Shown: positions 1 through 6,934 of the stretch, piece by piece | Layout of the letters: every line of letters begins with the position of its first letter | Numbering within the stretch: the first letter of the stretch is position 1 | DNA from: a virus | Taxonomy: Duplodnaviria; Caudoviricetes | IMG/VR virus record: IMGVR_UViG_3300017774_005006 | Span: 1 to 31,859 of that record | Strand: one strand, 5' to 3' | Length of the DNA stretch: 31,859 bases | Made by a program: the position numbers and the translations under genes | The notes under the pieces: model-generated | The model's input: only the letters and a program-made list of their open reading frames with translations | What the model was told of the DNA's origin: nothing | The model's database searches: none

Positions 1-766
1 CCTTGGTTCGTTCAATCACGGCCTTCAGCCCTCGGTCGGTCATCAGGTAATCGAGGTCAGCCGTCCAGTTTTCGTGGCCTTTGCTGGGTGCTTCGCCCAT
101 GAGCCAAGCGTTTGACCGAACCCGAGCGAAGTAGTCCCGGAACCACGCCAAGGCCTCTGCGGCATTGGTGGCGCGGCGGCTGCCGTCGCCCTTGGTCGAG
201 GAAAGCACCCACGCCCAGCGCTGCCGCATTGCCCGCTGCCGCTTCGCGTCCATCACCCTGACGCCGGGCAGCGTTGGCAGTTCCTCGGCGTAGGCCTTGA
301 CGATTTCGGCGTATGGGCAGGGAACAACCGGCACCCCGTCGCCCCCCTTGGGGGGTAGGGGGGTATTAATGGTTACTGGTGTCTGGTTACTGGGAGCATT
401 GCCTTCGCTATGCGTTCGCATTGCGTCCGCATTGCGGTCGGTTTGCGGCTTGTCTTTGCTCCAACGTGCGTCCGCAGATGCCTTCGCTTTGCGTTGCTTG
501 TCTTGGTAGCGCTCAATCTCGCGGTCGCACCGGGTGTGGCGCCATTCGTCACCTTCGCGGGTGAAGAACTCATTCAGCACATCGCGGACGGACGACTTTT
601 CTTCATCACTGCGCGCCCCCACAAGCCGCATCACTTGGGCTTCGGGGATCGGTTCTTCACGGGTGTAGTAAATGTCCAAGAGCCGGCCATAGATGCCGTG
701 CTCCAGCAAGGACAGGTGCGCCGTGTCCTTCAGGTAGTCGCCAATGTGGCGCTCGTAGTAGTTCAA
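1..766 (-). CDS. Phage replication initiator (YdaU/DUF1376-type N-terminus), 3' end runs off the window
   Basis: Absent from the ORF track because it has no stop in the window. Manual translation from TTG at 766 (GAAAGG upstream): MNYYERHIGDYLKDTAHLSLLEHGIYGRLLDIYY...WLMGEAPSKGHENWTADLDYLMTDRGLKAVIERTK; sits downstream of the cII-like gene like lambda O. Confidence 0.85.
   Translation of the reverse strand, partial: MNYYERHIGDYLKDTAHLSLLEHGIYGRLLDIYYTREEPIPEAQVMRLVGARSDEEKSSVRDVLNEFFTREGDEWRHTRCDREIERYQDKQRKAKASADARWSKDKPQTDRNADAMRTHSEGNAPSNQTPVTINTPLPPKGGDGVPVVPCPYAEIVKAYAEELPTLPGVRVMDAKRQRAMRQRWAWVLSSTKGDGSRRATNAAEALAWFRDYFARVRSNAWLMGEAPSKGHENWTADLDYLMTDRGLKAVIERTK
400..500. repeat. Iteron-like 11-bp tandem repeats, probable replication origin inside the initiator gene
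   Basis: TGCCTTCGCTA/TGCGTTCGCAT/TGCGTCCGCAT/TGCGGTCGGTT/TGCGGCTTGTC at 400-454, with further copies at 467, 479 and 490; lambdoid origins lie inside the initiator gene. Confidence 0.65.
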
Positions 767-891
767 AGCCCGAGCCTTTCCGCGATCTGCTGGAAAGCCC
801 GCTCGATCTGCTCAGGGGTTGCGCCGGGGTGTGCGGCCATCCATGCGCGCTTTTGGGCGGCATAGGCTTGGTGCAGGGCTTGGGGGCTCAT
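763..891 (-). CDS. Small hypothetical protein (42 aa, MSPQALHQAYAAQKRAWMAAHPGATPEQIERAFQQIAERLGL)
   Basis: ATGA overlap with the upstream stop and TTGA overlap with the initiator start; below the ORF-track cutoff. Confidence 0.65.
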   Translation of the reverse strand: MSPQALHQAYAAQKRAWMAAHPGATPEQIERAFQQIAERLGL

Positions 892-1238
892 GCTGCGGCC
901 CTCTGGTCGGCCTGCAGTTGCTCCAGCACCGTCAGGCGGTCACGCGATGCCAGCCACTGCGTGATGGCGCAGTTGCCGCAGATCTCCTGAAACAGCCCGA
1001 TCTGGTCGGCGGGCAAGTCGCGCCGGCCGGCCTTGTCGTCGGGGTTCAGGTAGTCGCCCACGTGCTGGCGCACAAAGCCGAAGTCGCGGGCCATGTCGCT
1101 GGGCGTCAGGCCCTTGGCGCGTCGCAAGGTCCAGCACAGGCGCACGGCCTGGCGGTAGCTGCGGGCGAGCTGCAGCGTGGAGGCAGGCACCACGGCCGGG
1201 CCGTCGATGCGCTGCAAGAGGGGGAGCGGGATTTGCAC
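888..1238 (-). CDS. CII-like HTH transcriptional regulator
   Basis: HTH-like segment LTPSDMARDFGFVRQHVGDYLN; GGAGG before GTG at 1238; located between cro and the replication gene. Confidence 0.65.
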   Translation of the reverse strand: MQIPLPLLQRIDGPAVVPASTLQLARSYRQAVRLCWTLRRAKGLTPSDMARDFGFVRQHVGDYLNPDDKAGRRDLPADQIGLFQEICGNCAITQWLASRDRLTVLEQLQADQRAAA

Positions 1239-1335
1239 GGGTGCCTCCGTGTGGGGGTTGTCGGAATACAGAGCCCGAACCTGTCCATGAACCTGTTCGA
1301 GCTGGGCAAAACTGAGCCCATGCCCAGCAACACAA

Positions 1336-1425
1336 ACGCCCCCTCGGTGATGCACCCCACCCGCTCCGCTGTCAGCAGAGGCACCCGCTTGGGCGGATTG
1401 GGGAGGCACATCACGGAAGGGGCGC
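1336..1425 (-). ncRNA. Predicted structured RNA element (three-way junction) right after cro
   Basis: 22-bp closing stem (1403-1424 with 1337-1358; one mismatch, four G-U pairs on the minus strand) enclosing two small hairpins. Confidence 0.5.
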
Positions 1426-1430
1426 ATGGG

Positions 1431-1637
1431 TCAAGCGGGCTGGGGTGTGCGGTTGCGGCGCTTGGTCTTGCGTGCGTGCAGCGCGACCATCCGGCTGCCA
1501 ATCGAGAAATGCGGGTCAAGGGTCTTGCCGCGCTCCATCTCGCTCACGGTTGCCTGCGAGCAGCCGCATTCGTCAGCGATCTGCTTTTGCGTCAGGCCAA
1601 CCGCCTTCAACTCTTGGAGTAGGGTTTTGAAGTCCAT
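1431..1637 (-). CDS. cro: Cro-like HTH repressor
   Basis: 68 aa, LTQKQIADECGCSQATVSEMERG XRE-type HTH, divergent from cI. Confidence 0.88.
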   Translation of the reverse strand: MDFKTLLQELKAVGLTQKQIADECGCSQATVSEMERGKTLDPHFSIGSRMVALHARKTKRRNRTPQPA

Positions 1638-1652
1638 CGAAGTGCGCAAAAC

Positions 1653-1710
1653 ATCGGTTAGCCGATATTGTGGGCATCGGCTTGTCGGTTGTCAACATAG
1701 GCACACTGAT
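1653..1710. promoter_or_regulatory. OR-like operators (three 14-bp sites)
   Basis: ATCGGTTAGCCGAT (1653-1666), ATCGGCTTGTCGGT (1676-1689), ATAGGCACACTGAT (1697-1710); consensus ATYGG-N4-CCRAT is shared with the sites at PL. Confidence 0.7.
1667..1695 (-). promoter_or_regulatory. PR-like sigma70 promoter for cro
   Basis: TTGACA (1695-1690), 17-nt spacer, CACAAT (1672-1667). Confidence 0.75.
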
Positions 1711-1713
1711 TTC

Positions 1714-2325
1714 ATGGAAAAAAGTAGTCGCCCCCGCTCCGAATTCGGTTCGCGCCTAAGAGAAGCGCGAAATGAACGGCGCTTGACTCAGGGAAAAGTT
1801 GCCCAAGCTCTGGGCCTGAGCCAGGGAACAGTGAGCCAGGCCGAAAAGGAGGGGGACGGCTCCGTGCACGTCGCCGCCTATGCAAAGCTTTTGCAAGTCA
1901 ACCCGCTGTGGCTTGCAACTGGTGAAGGCCCTAAGAAGCCGCAAACCCATGTGGCTCACGAGGTGAGCCTGGATGCGTTCAAAGTCACAACCCTTACAAG
2001 GGAGGAACTATTGAGTGCAAAGACGCCAGAGCAGTTCGCTTACGAGCTGCCAGACGATGCAATGGGGGGCTTTGGCAGGGCGGGCACGCTTGTTCTGTTT
2101 AAGGCCATTGATTCGGCCGACCAGGCCAAGCCAGGCGCAGGGGTGTTGTTCAGCGACCGGACGGGCGCTTTCCATGTGCGCCGCAAGCGCCAAGGCAAAG
2201 CGCTGGGGCATTGGGTAGCATCAGCACCAAACGACGCCTACGCCAGCTTTGACAGCGAGGCAGACGGGCTCAAAGCAATCGGCTTGTGGGTCGGGGTTTT
2301 AAACAGGGGGCTTGAAGATGCGTGA
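1714..2325 (+). CDS. cI: CI-like repressor: XRE HTH plus a degenerate S24-like C-terminal domain
   Basis: FGSRLREARNERRLTQGKVAQALGLSQGTVSQAEK...LQVNPLWLATGEG; C-terminal FAYELPDDAM...GTLVLF...PGAGVLF resembles the S24 fold; start reassigned to ATG 1714. Confidence 0.88.
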   Translation: MEKSSRPRSEFGSRLREARNERRLTQGKVAQALGLSQGTVSQAEKEGDGSVHVAAYAKLLQVNPLWLATGEGPKKPQTHVAHEVSLDAFKVTTLTREELLSAKTPEQFAYELPDDAMGGFGRAGTLVLFKAIDSADQAKPGAGVLFSDRTGAFHVRRKRQGKALGHWVASAPNDAYASFDSEADGLKAIGLWVGVLNRGLEDA

Positions 2326-2644
2326 TCGCTTGCTTCTGTGCGTGCTGCTGTCTCTTGGCGGCTGCGCCATCCCGCCGCTCACACCAGAGCAGGCGGCCTA
2401 CCTGAGACAAAACCCGCTCGGCCAGCCGGTTCATCAGCCGTACATGCTGCAGCCGCCCAGCCGCCAAGGGCAGCCGGCCTTCCAGTTCCAGCCGAACACG
2501 CAAACAGCCTACTTCACAGGCAGCCGGCAGTCGGTGCGCACGATCACCAATCAGCAGGGCTGGCAGTGCCAGTACAGGCTTGGGGCGCAGTTGTTCGCTC
2601 GAGTGTTCGTTGGGGACTGCCCAGCAGCCATCGAAGTGCAGTAG
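2318..2644 (+). CDS. Lipoprotein co-transcribed with cI, candidate superinfection-exclusion or lysogenic-conversion protein
   Basis: MRDRLLLCVLLSLGGC signal peptide with lipobox; overlaps the cI 3' end; terminator follows. Confidence 0.7.
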   Translation: MRDRLLLCVLLSLGGCAIPPLTPEQAAYLRQNPLGQPVHQPYMLQPPSRQGQPAFQFQPNTQTAYFTGSRQSVRTITNQQGWQCQYRLGAQLFARVFVGDCPAAIEVQ

Positions 2645-2661
2645 CCGACCCCGCCCCAACA

Positions 2662-2686
2662 GAGCCCGCCGAGTGCGGGCTTCTTT
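2662..2686 (+). terminator. Intrinsic terminator ending the cI-lipoprotein transcript
   Basis: GCCCGC-CGAGT-GCGGGC followed by TTCTTT. Confidence 0.7.
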
Positions 2687-2728
2687 ACGCTTGGAAACGC
2701 TCGGGACTTCCCTAACGCCAATATTTTT

Positions 2729-2769
2729 ATTGGCTAGCCGTTGACACAGAAAATTGACTGGCCAATAAT
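2729..2769 (+). promoter_or_regulatory. PL-like promoter with two OL-like operators
   Basis: TTGACA (2741-2746), 17 nt, AATAAT (2764-2769); operators ATTGGCTAGCCGTT (2729-2742) and ATTGACTGGCCAAT (2753-2766). Confidence 0.75.
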
Positions 2770-2796
2770 TCACTCCAACGCAACACGGAGTGAGCC

Positions 2797-3138
2797 ATGC
2801 ACCAAGACGACAACGACGAAAGCGGCTTCGGCACCCTGCCCATCGCCGCCCTGGCCGACTGGATGGACGACCAATGCGCAGGCGTGGGCCATGTCGCACT
2901 GGTGCCACAGCTTCGCTGCATCACCTCGGCCGACCTGACCGCGCAGACGGTGCCCGGCCTGCTGGCTGTGGCGTTTGACGAAGGCCAACCCAACCGCGCC
3001 CGCCTTGCTGCGCTGGACGCGATCTTGGCCAAGTTCAACACCCCGCCCGCGATCCCCAGCCCCGAAGAACTGCAAGCCCGCTGGGCCGAGCTGTTTCAGG
3101 ACTTCCCGAAGGTTGAGCGCGTGGGGGTGTCGGCATGA
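2797..3138 (+). CDS. Hypothetical protein, first gene of the PL operon
   Basis: GGAG RBS; ATGA coupling to the next gene. Confidence 0.7.
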   Translation: MHQDDNDESGFGTLPIAALADWMDDQCAGVGHVALVPQLRCITSADLTAQTVPGLLAVAFDEGQPNRARLAALDAILAKFNTPPAIPSPEELQARWAELFQDFPKVERVGVSA

Positions 3139-3407
3139 AGGCTTTTTTCACCCAGGAAGACCAAGCCGTTGCTGCGGCCTACTGGCAAGGCAAGCCCGCC
3201 AAGGTGTTTGCTGTGGACATGGAAGCTGGCCCGATCAATGGCAAGCCGACCTTCAGCGCCACCAGCTATTGCCGTGCACGCAGCGCCCTGCGCGCTGTGG
3301 AGGCCATCAAACGACACGGTGTGCACGACGTGCGCGGCGTCCGATATCGCGTGCGCTTGGCCGGACCTGCGGAACTTGGCTGTGTTGTCACTGGGGGTGC
3401 CGCATGA
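3135..3407 (+). CDS. Hypothetical phage protein
   Basis: ATGA overlaps at both ends. Confidence 0.7.
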   Translation: MKAFFTQEDQAVAAAYWQGKPAKVFAVDMEAGPINGKPTFSATSYCRARSALRAVEAIKRHGVHDVRGVRYRVRLAGPAELGCVVTGGAA

Positions 3408-3784
3408 ACACCTGCACCCGCCACTGCGTGCAAGGCCGCTTCTGCACCTGCGCACCCGCCCCCGTGGTCATCCGCACCCGCCGCAGCCTGCTGGAGCGCA
3501 TCGGCGCTGCCGTGGAGGCCCCGTTCGTGGCCCTGGCCGCGTGGTGGGCTGCAGGCAAGGCCCGGTCTGAGCTGGCCGGCCTGGATTCCGACATCTCCGA
3601 ACTGCATGACGCCATCAGCTTTGACGAAGCCCACGTTTTCCGCCTGCACCCGCGCTACGAATCGAGCCCCGTGCTGCAGGAACGGCTGGCGCGCAACCGA
3701 AAAGAACTCAAGAACCTGACCGAGCGCCGCGCCGCACTGGCTGCGCGCTGCGGCCGAACCCTGACCCGAGTGGAAACCCAATGA
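3404..3784 (+). CDS. Hypothetical protein with Cys-rich N-terminus and coiled-coil-like C-terminus
   Basis: MNTCTRHCVQGRFCTC; ATGA overlaps at both ends. Confidence 0.7.
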   Translation: MNTCTRHCVQGRFCTCAPAPVVIRTRRSLLERIGAAVEAPFVALAAWWAAGKARSELAGLDSDISELHDAISFDEAHVFRLHPRYESSPVLQERLARNRKELKNLTERRAALAARCGRTLTRVETQ

Positions 3785-4779
3785 GCAACGCCGCACTTGC
3801 AACCATCCGCGCCGACATTGAGTCGGTGCGCCCGGCCTTTACCTCTATGGCGGGGGACTCACTGTCGTTTGAGAAAGAGGCCGGCTTCGCCACGCAAGTC
3901 CTGATGGCCAATGACTACGCCATGGGCATAGCCATGAGCAACCGTCAAAGCGTGATTGCCGCCGTCACGAACGTGGCCGCCATCGGCATCAGCCTGAACC
4001 CCGCCAAGCGCCAGGCCTATCTGGTGCCGCGAGACGGGAAGATCTGCCTCGACATCAGCTACATGGGCTTGTTGGACTTAGCGATTCAGTCCGGGTCGAT
4101 CTTGTGGGGCCAAGCCGAACTGGTGCATGCCGCCGATCGTTTTGAGCTGGCCGGCTTTGACCGCCCGCCGCTGCACAGCCGCGACCCATTCGCCCCCGAC
4201 CGTGGCGACGTGGTTGGCGGCTATGTCGTGGTCAAGACCCGCGACGGCGACTACCTGACCACCACCATGCCGATTGCCGAAATCAACGACATCCGCGACC
4301 GCTCGGCAGCGTGGAAAGCGTGGCTTAACAAGACCAAGAAGTGCCCATGGGTTACCGACCCTGGCGAGATGGCGAAGAAGACCGTCATCAAGCGCGCCTA
4401 CAAGCTGTGGCCCAAGACCGAGCGATTCGAGCGCGTAGAACAGGCCATCCACCACCTGAACACCGAAAACGGCGAAGGGCTGGAGGCCCTTGAGCAGAAC
4501 GCCGGCGCCAAGGGCTTCGGCTCGCCGCGTGACGCACTGCGCGAGGCCATGGAAGGCCTGCCGCTGGAAGAACAGACCGTCATGCATGAGCTGGGCGCCG
4601 AGGTGTCGGCCATGTGCCGTAACGCCGAAGTAGGCCCGGTCATGGCCTACGCGCATGTCCAGTCGCAGCACTTGGACAACGAGCAACACAAAGCGCTTTG
4701 GTACGTGCTGGACTCGGACGTGCGCTCGGCGCTCAAGGAGGAAGGCGCAGCGGCCAAGCTGGCAAAGGTGGCCGCATGA
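3781..4779 (+). CDS. recT: RecT-family single-strand annealing recombinase
   Basis: [16 protein letters not shown]...LDISYMGL...[23 protein letters not shown] motifs. Confidence 0.92.
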   Translation: MSNAALATIRADIESVRPAFTSMAGDSLSFEKEAGFATQVLMANDYAMGIAMSNRQSVIAAVTNVAAIGISLNPAKRQAYLVPRDGKICLDISYMGLLDLAIQSGSILWGQAELVHAADRFELAGFDRPPLHSRDPFAPDRGDVVGGYVVVKTRDGDYLTTTMPIAEINDIRDRSAAWKAWLNKTKKCPWVTDPGEMAKKTVIKRAYKLWPKTERFERVEQAIHHLNTENGEGLEALEQNAGAKGFGSPRDALREAMEGLPLEEQTVMHELGAEVSAMCRNAEVGPVMAYAHVQSQHLDNEQHKALWYVLDSDVRSALKEEGAAAKLAKVAA

Positions 4780-5507
4780 GCAAGATCAATCGCCGCACAA
4801 GCGGCATCACCCAAAGCGCCATTCTCGAAATGCTGCGCCAAGCCGGCCCCGAGTGCTTGACCGCGCCCGAGCTGGGCGCTGCATGCGGACGCACGCCCCA
4901 GGCCATCCACAGCGCCGCGCAAATGCTGATTGAGAGCCACGGCCTCGTCGTCGTGTCCAAGCTCGGGCTGCGCTGGATTCGCTACTTTGACGCCAAGCAA
5001 GCGACCCAGGCCGAAGCGGATCAGCGCTGCGCCGCGTGGAAGGCTAAAAGCCTGGCCGAGTCCGTTGCCAGCGATCTGCAACGCCGCCGCGACCTGACCG
5101 CCGCAGCGCGTGCCAAGCGCGAGGGCGACACCGAGGCCATGGAAGCCCTCATGCGCGCCAATGCTGACCGCAAGGCCAAGGCTGCAGCCGATCAGGCGGG
5201 CAAGGTCAAGCGACTGAGCGCGCACCTAGCGGAAAGCATCGCCAACAACGCACTCGCCGCCAAGATCAAGCGCGAAGGCGCAGCACTCAGCACCGCCACG
5301 CCGGGCAACCAAGCCGGCGCCCGGTTTGAAAAGTACGCCGTGGAAACCTACACCCCGCAGACCCGCATCACCATCGCCCCGCGCCCGGTGGGCCGGTACG
5401 AACTGCTCCAGCCCCGCGAAGGCGGCCTGCGCGGCCTGCCGCTGGGCAAGTACCTGGAGAAACCGCACAGCGTGGCGGCGAAGGCGGCATCGGAGGCAGC
5501 AGCATGA
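4776..5507 (+). CDS. Hypothetical protein with N-terminal winged-helix-like domain
   Basis: [44 protein letters not shown]; ATGA overlaps. Confidence 0.65.
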   Translation: MSKINRRTSGITQSAILEMLRQAGPECLTAPELGAACGRTPQAIHSAAQMLIESHGLVVVSKLGLRWIRYFDAKQATQAEADQRCAAWKAKSLAESVASDLQRRRDLTAAARAKREGDTEAMEALMRANADRKAKAAADQAGKVKRLSAHLAESIANNALAAKIKREGAALSTATPGNQAGARFEKYAVETYTPQTRITIAPRPVGRYELLQPREGGLRGLPLGKYLEKPHSVAAKAASEAAA

Positions 5508-5851
5508 CCACCACCACCCACAAGCTGCCGCCGCTGCCCGGCTCTGACTACACGGCGTGGCTCAAGAACGGCGAGCGCTGCAACGCATTCCCGTGGAGCG
5601 CCGAAAGCCCGCTAGCGAGCGACGGGGACGGCTATTGGGCCGCAAAGGGCTTTGCTGCTGCGCCGTTGTTCACCGCCGAGCAGATGCACGCCTACGCCCG
5701 CGCCGCTCTGCCCCAGGACCAGGCAGAGGCAAAGCCTGCCGAGCCCTCCAACCCCGTGACGGTTTACACCAACCGAGGGGCCGCACCCGCAGCGCCTGCC
5801 CCTGTGCCGCTGACGGATGAGCAGATCGAAGAAGGACGCGAAACAAATTAG
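5504..5851 (+). CDS. Hypothetical modular early protein (AAPAAP linker)
   Basis: GGAGG RBS, ATGA overlap. Confidence 0.65.
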   Translation: MTTTTHKLPPLPGSDYTAWLKNGERCNAFPWSAESPLASDGDGYWAAKGFAAAPLFTAEQMHAYARAALPQDQAEAKPAEPSNPVTVYTNRGAAPAAPAPVPLTDEQIEEGRETN

Positions 5852-5861
5852 GAGAACTGAC

Positions 5862-5978
5862 ATGACTGACATGGAGACCTTCATTTTGGGGCTGGCAGCA
5901 GTGCGTGGTCTGCCTCCTTGCCGCACTGTGCGCGTTCTAGGCGCAGCCGGCCCCACCCAACTATTTAGCACCACTTAA
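5862..5978 (+). CDS. Small ORF (38 aa) or frameshifted small membrane peptide
   Basis: Strong AGGAG RBS; a +1 shift after MTDMETFILGLAAV would continue VVCLLAALCAF*. Confidence 0.35.
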   Translation: MTDMETFILGLAAVRGLPPCRTVRVLGAAGPTQLFSTT

Positions 5979-5987
5979 AGGTTGACC

Positions 5988-6497
5988 ATGAACAAAGACC
6001 TAGATACCAATGACCGCAGCTTGCTGCAAGCGCTCAGGGCCGACGCTGTGTCGCAGCTCGCTTGCCCCAGCCGCTCGCAAGCTTGGGCAGATGCCTACCG
6101 TGAGTTCCACCGCGCGGTAGACCGACTTGACGCCATGTGGGCGCGAGTAGAGATCGGACAAGCGCACATCGTCGCAGCCCACGGGCTTGGCGACCCAATC
6201 GCCGCACCCGCAGCGCCTGCCCAACGGATGACCTACGCCGGCCCCTGGTGCTGCGAAAAGGGCAAGGCCGAAGGCCGCCCGATCTGCAAAGCGTGCACGG
6301 AGATCCTCAACGCCTACGCCGCCGCACCCGCAGCGCCTGGACAACAAGAGGCAAAGTCAGTGTTAGAGCTTTTGCGCAAAGCACGCGCCGTGATACAGCC
6401 TGACTGGGAGGATGCAACAGGGGAGCCATTGGCGCAGTGGTGCACTGACGCAGATGCGGCCATCGCCGCCCCGCAGCGCCTGCCGAGCCGGCCATGA
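5988..6497 (+). CDS. Hypothetical modular protein with AAPAAP linkers and a CC...CxxC module
   Basis: ORF track; internal repeats separate unrelated segments. Confidence 0.65.
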   Translation: MNKDLDTNDRSLLQALRADAVSQLACPSRSQAWADAYREFHRAVDRLDAMWARVEIGQAHIVAAHGLGDPIAAPAAPAQRMTYAGPWCCEKGKAEGRPICKACTEILNAYAAAPAAPGQQEAKSVLELLRKARAVIQPDWEDATGEPLAQWCTDADAAIAAPQRLPSRP

Positions 6498-6838
6498 CAG
6501 GCGACCACGCTTGCAGGTTCGGCGTCTGGTGGGCGCACAAGCGCAAGACGTTCACAACCCCACGGCAGGCCGCTTGGGCCGCATGGGGCGAGGCCATGGC
6601 CGCACCCGCAGCGCCTCCCCCGCACCCTGACACCAAGGACGCGGAGCGGTATCGGTGGCTGCGCGACAACCCGCTGTGGCGTGTCACTTACCGCATCTGC
6701 CCCAACAGACCGAAGACGTTCCGCATGATTGACGACGAAGGCGACCTCTGGGGGCAGTGGTGGCCCACGCACGAACAAGCCGTAGACGCCGCCATCGCCG
6801 CCATCGCGGCCAGCAAAGGAGGCAAGCCATGCGAATGA
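6494..6838 (+). CDS. Hypothetical protein with DAERYRWLR motif (common in phage early accessory proteins)
   Basis: KDAERYRWLRD...VDAAIAA; may be the frameshifted C-terminal part of the preceding ORF. Confidence 0.7.
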   Translation: MTGDHACRFGVWWAHKRKTFTTPRQAAWAAWGEAMAAPAAPPPHPDTKDAERYRWLRDNPLWRVTYRICPNRPKTFRMIDDEGDLWGQWWPTHEQAVDAAIAAIAASKGGKPCE

Positions 6839-6846
6839 TCCACATC
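6821..6846 (+). repeat. 26-bp direct repeat, copy 1 (GGCAAGCCATGCGAATGATCCACATC)
   Basis: Identical to 8531-8556; ends exactly at the attC crossover position. Confidence 0.92.
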
Positions 6847-6934
6847 GATGGAGTTGAACCGCATGCCCCACGCTGACGCACCGAGTACCACCGAAGCCCC
6901 GCCGGGGCATGTCGGTTCGAACGAGGGGTTGGGC
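6840..6934 (-). mobile_element. attC: Integron attC site (95 bp) with non-canonical R' (G|ATGTGG)
   Basis: Minus strand: R'' GCCCAAC, 5-nt spacer CCCTC, L'' GTTCGAAC, CG-A-CATGCCCC...GGGGCATG-CG, L' GTTCAAC, 6-nt spacer TCCATC, R' GATGTGG; both extrahelical bases at canonical positions. Confidence 0.85.

Larger units (their letters stand above)
5780..6616 (+). repeat. Five dispersed copies of the 18-bp GCCGCACCCGCAGCGCCT (encodes AAPAAP)
   Basis: Exact copies at 5780-5797, 6201-6218, 6321-6338 and 6599-6616; 17-bp copy lacking one A at 6465-6481. Confidence 0.9.

Noticed and set aside
1426-1713. ORF-track N-terminal extension of cI (similar over-extensions for portal, endolysin, terS, scaffold)
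   Set aside because: Overlaps cro and the operator region; domain boundaries and RBS or coupling support later starts
5887-5955. HDV-like ribozyme (GCCTCCT motif)
   Set aside because: No P3 3' strand and no GG for P1.1 after the putative P1; topology does not fit
5780-6616. CRISPR array from the 18-bp repeats
   Set aside because: Repeats are short, in-frame coding and irregularly spaced by 100-400 bp; no cas genes
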